Source: Candidatus Thorarchaeota archaeon (GTDB lineage Archaea; Asgardarchaeota; Thorarchaeia; Thorarchaeales; Thorarchaeaceae). From it: a stretch of DNA of 32,000 nt. The notes under the pieces are model-generated. The model made no database searches, was not told where the DNA came from, and worked only from the letters and a program-made list of their open reading frames with translations. The DNA is taken from the NCBI GenBank assembly GCA_003345555.1, contig PRDJ01000010.1, positions 30,001 through 62,000 on the forward strand. Reading direction: 5' to 3'. A program made the position numbers and the translations under genes. Below are positions 26,785 through 32,000 of the stretch, piece after piece. The stretch's first letter is position 1. Each line of letters begins with the position of its first letter.

Positions 26785-28074
26785 ATGGACTTCAAGTTCT
26801 ATCTTGAGACCTATGGCTGTTCTCTGAATTCCGCTGACTCCGATCTTATTATGAGTCAGATGAGGAGAATGGGGGCAACCCGCGTCGACCGAGCAAGAGA
26901 GGCAGACGTTCTCATTATCAACACCTGCGGCGTAAAGGAGCGAACAGAGAACAGAATAATCTACAGAATTGAGGAACTGTCTCATCAGGGGGCTCCCTTA
27001 GTTATCGCAGGCTGTCTGCCTAAGATATCCTTTGAACGAGTGAGACAAGCAGATTCCCGGTTTGCAGCTATTATCGGTCCTCAGTCAATAGCAGCAATCC
27101 AGCCAATCATCAAGCGCGTCCTTGAGGGTGAACGGGGCGTCGTTAATTTGGACGCAGACTCCGCCTCGAAGTTGAGCTCATTTGAAGGACCACCCGGCGG
27201 CGTTGTGTGCACCGTGCCAATCTGCGAAGGATGCCTTGGGCATTGCGCCTATTGTGCAGTCAGGCTTGCCAGAGGGCATGTTAAGAGCTACAGGACATCC
27301 GAGCTACAGCGGGTGGTCGAGCGCTGCGTGCATCAAGGATATCGTGAGATACGCTTGACCGCTCAGGACGTCTCGGCTTTTGGACATGACACCAATGAGA
27401 ACCTTACAGGATTACTTAGAGCCTTGGACACTATTGAAGGCCAACATGTCTTTAGGCTCGGCATGTTGAATCCGAATCTTCCTAGTGACAAACTGCATGA
27501 ACTACTTGACGTAATGAAGTCCGACCATTTCTTCAAGTTCTTCCATATTCCTCTGCAATCGGGGAGCGACCGGATACTTCGTGCAATGGGCCGAGACTAC
27601 TCGGCTGCCGATTGGATGTCTGTTGTACAGTGCATTAGACGGGTCTTTCCTGGTGCGACACTTGCTACAGACATCATCGTGGGTTTCCCGGGAGAGTCGG
27701 AAGATGATTTTCAGGAAACAGTCGGTATTATCGAGAGTACGACTCCTGAGATAGTGAACATATCGAAGTACGGTGACCGTCCCGGGACCCCAGCATTTGT
27801 ATCGTCTGACAAAGTGAACACATCGGTTAAGAAAGCAAGGAGTCAAAGACTATCCATTGTCCGTGTTAAGTCGGCTCTCGAGGCGGACAATTCTTGGATT
27901 GGCTGGACTGGTCGCGTGATTGTCACAGAGGCTGGGCCAAGAGGCGGGGTTGTCTGTAGAAACTGGGCATATCGACGAATAGTAATCCACGAATCAGTGT
28001 GCTTGGGCGAAGATATCGAGGTTCGCATAGTTTCTGCCAATAGAACCTATTTCACGGGAGCGCCTCTGCCCTGA
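26785..28074 (+). CDS. tRNA methylthiotransferase (MtaB/CDKAL1-like radical SAM)
   Basis: ETYGCSLN..DS, INTCGV, AGC (UPF0004 domain); CEGCLGHCAYC (CxxxCxxC); PLQSGSD, TDIIVGFPGE; C-terminal TRAM-like region. Start ATG 26785 or TTG 26779. Confidence 0.9.
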   Translation: MDFKFYLETYGCSLNSADSDLIMSQMRRMGATRVDRAREADVLIINTCGVKERTENRIIYRIEELSHQGAPLVIAGCLPKISFERVRQADSRFAAIIGPQSIAAIQPIIKRVLEGERGVVNLDADSASKLSSFEGPPGGVVCTVPICEGCLGHCAYCAVRLARGHVKSYRTSELQRVVERCVHQGYREIRLTAQDVSAFGHDTNENLTGLLRALDTIEGQHVFRLGMLNPNLPSDKLHELLDVMKSDHFFKFFHIPLQSGSDRILRAMGRDYSAADWMSVVQCIRRVFPGATLATDIIVGFPGESEDDFQETVGIIESTTPEIVNISKYGDRPGTPAFVSSDKVNTSVKKARSQRLSIVRVKSALEADNSWIGWTGRVIVTEAGPRGGVVCRNWAYRRIVIHESVCLGEDIEVRIVSANRTYFTGAPLP

Positions 28075-29060
28075 ACAGTGATATCAAGAACCTTCCCTGA
28101 CTTTGCGCTCGCCCTCGCGGCTTCCACAATGCGCAGGGCCGCGACACCATCTTCGAGTCCTACTTTCGGTGCTGCATTGGTCTCTATGCATTTCAGGAAG
28201 TCGTTCACCACTTCCTGCGCTGGTTCGCCGTATGCCTTTATGGTGAGACCCCTCTCAGGGAGCTGCAATGACCTGCTGTCAGAAGAAGGCGCCTGATCCA
28301 TATCCTGCACCGTTATAATCTGGGCAAACAAATCCAGCACAAGCGTTCCTTTTGTTCCGGAAATGTCCATGTATCTTCTTCTTCCTGCATACTGCCTTGA
28401 CAGGTGGAAGGTATGCTCGGTGCCGTTCTCGAACTTGACGATGACCGTAGCAACGTTCAAAATCCCGCCTTCGGAATTACACTGAGCATAGAGCTTTGCT
28501 CGACCTGTGCTTATCCTGGCCATTATGTCGAAGTCGTGCACACCTATGTCTTCGAGAACGTCGCCAAGTGACGGAAGCCTAGATGCTTGGACAAAACCTC
28601 TCCTATCATGGACAACGTTCCTAGGTGTGCCAATAGCACCCGACTGTATCAGAGACAATGCACGATCGACCACAGGATTGTAAACCTCGGAATGAGACAC
28701 GACAGTTGCGATGTTTCTGGAGCGCAACAAGCCTGCTACTCTGTTTGCGTCCTCAAGATTGCTGGCAAGTGGTTTCTCAATGAGTAGTCCCTTGACCGAG
28801 TCGTAGTTCTTGACTATCTTCTCCGTAATGGCTGCGTGTGTGGGTGTGGGAGTAGATATTATGACTGCATCCAGTTCTGCATCCTCGATCATGGACTCGA
28901 AATCATCGAACGCTTTCACATTGTATGTGGCTGCGATTTTCTTCGCTTTCTCGAAATCACTGTCTGCAATTGCAGTGAGCGCCCGCATGTTCCCGAGCAC
29001 TCTGGCATGAATCTGACCCATGCTGCCGACGCCGATAATCCCAATCCTTGCTGCGACCAT
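28047..29060 (-). CDS. Gfo/Idh/MocA family NAD(P)-dependent oxidoreductase
   Basis: IGIIGVGSMG, DAVIISTPT..H, LIEKPLA, DIGVHDFD, GTKGTL. Confidence 0.92.
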   Translation of the reverse strand: MVAARIGIIGVGSMGQIHARVLGNMRALTAIADSDFEKAKKIAATYNVKAFDDFESMIEDAELDAVIISTPTPTHAAITEKIVKNYDSVKGLLIEKPLASNLEDANRVAGLLRSRNIATVVSHSEVYNPVVDRALSLIQSGAIGTPRNVVHDRRGFVQASRLPSLGDVLEDIGVHDFDIMARISTGRAKLYAQCNSEGGILNVATVIVKFENGTEHTFHLSRQYAGRRRYMDISGTKGTLVLDLFAQIITVQDMDQAPSSDSRSLQLPERGLTIKAYGEPAQEVVNDFLKCIETNAAPKVGLEDGVAALRIVEAARASAKSGKVLDITVQGRGAPVK

Positions 29061-29115
29061 GACTTAGGCTCCTTTGGGCTATGCCTTTGGGATAGCGCAT
29101 ATCCTTTATAGGTTC

Positions 29116-29156
29116 CCCCGCGGGGCATTCTCTTCTTGTCAAGAACGCCAAGGCGT
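29116..29156. repeat. Three adjacent short palindromes upstream of the Gfo/Idh/MocA TATA box
   Basis: CCCCGCGGGG (29116-29125), TTCTTG-T-CAAGAA (29133-29145), ACGCC-AA-GGCGT (29145-29156); minus-strand TATAAA at 29105-29110. Confidence 0.45.
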
Positions 29157-29246
29157 ATCCGTGTTAGGTTTCAATTCTGCATTCCCAGTTTGCGCTCTAC
29201 AGTATAATGGATGATTGATGGATGTCATATGAGTTCAGAAGTGGTC

Positions 29247-29334
29247 TGGTGCGGAGGGAGGGATTTGAACCCTCGAACCCCTGCGAGACAGGCGCCTCAG
29301 GCCTGCGCCTTTGACCTGGCTTGGCAACCTCCGC
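29247..29334 (-). tRNA. tRNA-Leu(GAG), intronless, CCA encoded
   Basis: GCGGAGG acceptor, anticodon arm CAGGC-CT-GAG-GC-GCCTG, long variable arm, T-arm GAGGG-TTCAAAT-CCCTC, A73-CCA. Confidence 0.96.
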
Positions 29335-29767
29335 AAAGAATGCAATGCCTGAACAAGCTCAGAGCCATGTGCGGCACTTTTTATCTTTTCGGCAGTTGCC
29401 ATGCCCTTCCACTATAGATGCTTCTATCTGTCCGACGATAACAGCAGGATTGAAAGAAGAACGAAACATTAGATATGAAAGTGCTCGGCCACGAGGCCGG
29501 GTTATGTTCGATTACCTTGTGGCCGCCGCGTACCACTCGAAAGGAGGGAGTGGTCTTTCCCGCTTGTTCTTCTGTTCTTCCTTCTTGTTATGCTTCACTG
29601 CATTTCACCTCCGCCCTCCTGCTCCGGGAAGTTGCTGCCTGAATGTTAAGAAGGCTGATGAAGTGTGCAGAGATTCTGCCCGATATCTGGAGAAGATGTT
29701 TGTCGTGTCCTCGGTCCGCCTATGAGCGCCGTTGCTGCAGATGTTGGACCTTGACCAAGAAGTGAGA

Positions 29768-29879
29768 TGGAGCCTCCGGCGGGAATTGGACCCGCGACTT
29801 TCCGCTGTTTTGGCCTACAGGTTGTCATGTTGCTGCAAAGCTTACGAGGCGGACGCTATAGCCACTAAGCCACGGAGGC
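29768..29879 (-). tRNA. tRNA-Thr(CGT) with a 36-nt intron at 37/38 (29807-29842); atypical T-loop; CCA encoded
   Basis: Acceptor GCCTCCG/CGGAGGC, U73-CCA, anticodon stem TCCGC/GCGGA, loop CT-CGT-A|A, T-stem GCGGG/CCCGC. T-loop reads TCCAATT (C55). Confidence 0.85.
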
Positions 29880-29959
29880 CTGACTTAGCCGAAAACCGGT
29901 CCGGTTCTCTAATAAAGGTTTATCATCAATCAGTGAAGGAAGTTATGGAGGCATGGTTG

Positions 29960-30952
29960 TTGACAATCCGTGACGTGGGCGAGCGCGATTTCATTGCGAG
30001 TATAGCAAGCATGGTCAAGCAAGTAAAAGGCGCACGGCTTGAATTTGACGACGATGCGTCAGACATACCTCTTGCTGGCGGAACTCACATGGTTGTCAAG
30101 GTTGATACTTTCAATAGTGGGTCAGACTGGTTACCTGGCATGACCGAGGCCCAAGCCGGAAGGAAGACTGCAGTCTTGGTAATCAGCGATCTCGTGACGA
30201 AGGGTGCAACTCCAATCGCAAGCATGCTGTCACTGTGTGTCCCACCAGACCGCGATGCAGCTGGAGTCCAGGACATGATTCGGGGATTCTCCCAGTATTG
30301 TGTGCAAAGCGGGGCGAGTTTCGTCGGCGGTGACATGGGTCTCTCGTGCGAGACAGTCCTTACCGGCGTAGGACTGGGCACTGCACCTAGTAATGGAATT
30401 GTTCCGAGGGGCGGAACGAAGAAGGGCGACATTATCGCAGTAACCGGACTATTTGGGTTGACATCTGTCGCATTCAGAATACTGTTGGATGGTTTGGACG
30501 CTCCGAATCCATTGAAGGCGATGGCTCTCGCTGCAGCTTACAAACCCGAGCTTGACCTGACGCTAGTACGGATGCTTGCGAAGGAAGGGGCAATCACTGC
30601 ATCAATGGACAGTAGTGATGGCCTTGGAATCACGCTCAATACAATGGCTGCACACAGTCAGCTTTCTTTCGACATAGAGCAGCTTCCAGTTGCCCAAGGC
30701 GTCTCGGAGTTTGCGGAAGCGAACAACATCGGCCTTCTCGACTTGATTATGCGCGGCGGAGAGGAATTTCGTATTGTACTTAGCTTGCCCATCGACAAAT
30801 GGGACAAAGCAGTATCCATCGCGAGAAGAGCCCGCGCCGAGCTCATTCCTATCGGACACGCGCAAGATGGCAGCGGCGTGACGTGGAAGAGCCCTAAGGG
30901 TCCAATAACCATCCCTATGAAGGGTTACGATGACTTCAGGGAGTGGAGCTAG
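29960..30952 (+). CDS. thiL: Thiamine-monophosphate kinase
   Basis: GERDFI, DDA, VKVDT, ISDL..KGATP, FVGGD, GDIIAVTG, MDSSDGL, GGEEF. Real start is TTG 29957/29960 after GGAGG; the track start at 29732 overlaps tRNA-Thr. Confidence 0.92.
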   Translation: MTIRDVGERDFIASIASMVKQVKGARLEFDDDASDIPLAGGTHMVVKVDTFNSGSDWLPGMTEAQAGRKTAVLVISDLVTKGATPIASMLSLCVPPDRDAAGVQDMIRGFSQYCVQSGASFVGGDMGLSCETVLTGVGLGTAPSNGIVPRGGTKKGDIIAVTGLFGLTSVAFRILLDGLDAPNPLKAMALAAAYKPELDLTLVRMLAKEGAITASMDSSDGLGITLNTMAAHSQLSFDIEQLPVAQGVSEFAEANNIGLLDLIMRGGEEFRIVLSLPIDKWDKAVSIARRARAELIPIGHAQDGSGVTWKSPKGPITIPMKGYDDFREWS

Positions 30953-32000
30953 CTGGATCGGGTTGTCATTGTAGACGGCTATGTTGACGAGCCGACGTGC
31001 TTGGGTGTTCCTCCGTATATCAGCCCTTATCCGAGATACATAGCGGGCGCGATATGGACACACTCTCCTCAGACACAGATTCTCTACCAGACTATCGATC
31101 AGCTGCGAGAGGCAGCAGACGAGACGCGTTCAAGTTGGACTCATGCCGGAGCAGTCATGCTGATTGCAGGGATGATCGTACCGGGCAAGTACATCGGTGG
31201 AACTCCAATCTCCGTCAGGGAAGCAAGAGAGTTCTTTTCAGCACCTGAATCGGCTGGCATACCAAAGCTGTTGGTTGGCCCGTGGGCACGATTCGGTTGT
31301 GGGCTAGAGGGCGGAAGGTTTGCACTGGGTTCAGATGTCTTATCTCCACCATTCGATTACATTGTCCGAGGAGACGCCGAGATCGTAATTGGCAGAGCGG
31401 CGGAAGACGGGTGGGACTTTTCGGCTGTTGATCTTGATGAAACTAGAGGCAGTCCTCAGGACATCAGTGAATACGCTGTCAGAGGTAGCGCGATCGTAGA
31501 GCAGCATCCCGGCCATTCGATGGGCTATCTCATCTGTGAAATCGAGACTTACAGGGGATGTCCTCGATATGTATCAGGTGGGTGTTCCTTCTGTATTGAA
31601 CCCCTCTATGGGCTACCAGCACAACGTGAGCCAGAAGACATTATCAGGGAGATTGAGTCGCTATACAATCACGGCGTTAGAGCATTTCGGATTGGGAGGC
31701 AGGCGGATTTATTCACTTATGGTTCAACAGAGATGGGCGAGACTGAGTTTCCTACTCCTTCTCCTAGAATTATCGAGTCTCTGTTTTCCGGAATACGTAC
31801 AGTTGCACCGAAGCTGCAAGTTCTGCATATCGACAACGTGAACCCGGGAACGATTGCGGCACACCCCGAGGAGAGTAAGGCGGTTGCCCGCATTATCATG
31901 AAGTATCACACAGTCGGAGATGTGGCCGCGTTTGGTGTTGAATCGCTCGATCCTGAGGTGAAGAAACGGAACAACCTGAAGGTCACTCAGGAGGAGGCCG
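30953..32000 (+). CDS. Radical SAM protein of COG1031-like family (3'-partial)
   Basis: Frame 2 is open from 30953 to the window end: VIVDGYVDEPTCLGVPPYISPYPRYIAGA, IAGMIVPGKYIGGTP, EIETYRGCPRYVSGGCSFCIEP (CX7CX2C), HIDNVNPG. Absent from the ORF track because there is no stop in the window. Confidence 0.88.
   Translation, partial: MDRVVIVDGYVDEPTCLGVPPYISPYPRYIAGAIWTHSPQTQILYQTIDQLREAADETRSSWTHAGAVMLIAGMIVPGKYIGGTPISVREAREFFSAPESAGIPKLLVGPWARFGCGLEGGRFALGSDVLSPPFDYIVRGDAEIVIGRAAEDGWDFSAVDLDETRGSPQDISEYAVRGSAIVEQHPGHSMGYLICEIETYRGCPRYVSGGCSFCIEPLYGLPAQREPEDIIREIESLYNHGVRAFRIGRQADLFTYGSTEMGETEFPTPSPRIIESLFSGIRTVAPKLQVLHIDNVNPGTIAAHPEESKAVARIIMKYHTVGDVAAFGVESLDPEVKKRNNLKVTQEEA

Noticed and set aside
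29400-29640. 5S rRNA, SRP RNA or RNase P RNA (CGGCGGCCACA, CGGAGCAGG and GGGAAAGACC snippets on the minus strand)
   Set aside because: Only isolated short matches; no CCGAAC/loop C of 5S, no CAGG-NNN-GNRA-NNN-AGCA helix 8, and no RNase P P4 3' strand.
29321-29725. 134-aa plus-strand ORF
   Set aside because: It starts inside tRNA-Leu and crosses its promoter; no family motif and no SD.
29655-29730. C/D-box sRNA (CTGATGA...CCGA...TGGAGA)
   Set aside because: Guide spacing is irregular and there is no terminal CTGA D box.
22457-29879. Integrated element at the tRNA genes
   Set aside because: No integrase, no duplicated tRNA 3' end noticed, and the intervening genes are housekeeping.
29732-29956. 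N-terminal extension of thiL in the ORF track
   Set aside because: It overlaps tRNA-Thr on the opposite strand and the divergent promoter; ThiL similarity and the SD start at 29957/29960.
30950-30955. Pyrrolysine read-through producing a ThiL-radical SAM fusion
   Set aside because: TAG terminates 18 of 29 genes here and ThiL ends at its normal length; CTG reinitiation is simpler.
58-31909. Many short antisense or overlapping ORFs in the six-frame track
   Set aside because: They lie within well-supported genes and lack motifs; treated as shadow ORFs.
1-32000. CRISPR array, IS element, rRNA
   Set aside because: No regularly spaced repeats, transposase motifs or rRNA signatures were seen.

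Overview
Gene-dense archaeal chromosomal window, most likely from an Asgard archaeon (Thorarchaeia-like). This is inferred from a ribophorin-I-like gene, an RPA32-like gene and the archaeal information-processing gene set; I could not run a taxonomic search. It holds 30 supportable CDS (AOR truncated by the left edge, a radical SAM gene truncated by the right edge) and 3 tRNAs, two with introns. I found no mobile element, CRISPR array or rRNA. Main blocks: AOR and PUA/PAPS-reductase; a GT-C glycosyltransferase; cdc48-wH-ribL; Zn-finger-EF1beta; fen1; RPA2-aIF2beta; DUF424-NMD3; aIF1A-RIO1-KH-top6B-top6A; a DPAGT1-like gene divergent from a DOMON/FKBP/Ig/ribophorin-I fusion; HD protein; tRNA-Gln; trm112; gcvPA/PB; LpdD/PAC4-like-SAMP-MtaB; Gfo/Idh/MocA; tRNA-Leu; tRNA-Thr; thiL; radical SAM. 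Most notable: (1) an FKBP-like domain inserted inside a DOMON domain and fused to a ribophorin-I-like protein, next to the first N-glycosylation enzyme; (2) a TATA-linked RCCRWCTCAG element shared by three consecutive promoters; (3) a tRNA-Thr(CGT) with C55 and an intron lacking a proper BHB; (4) an LpdD/PAC4-like + ubiquitin-like + methylthiotransferase operon. All family assignments come from motif recognition by eye, not database searches.
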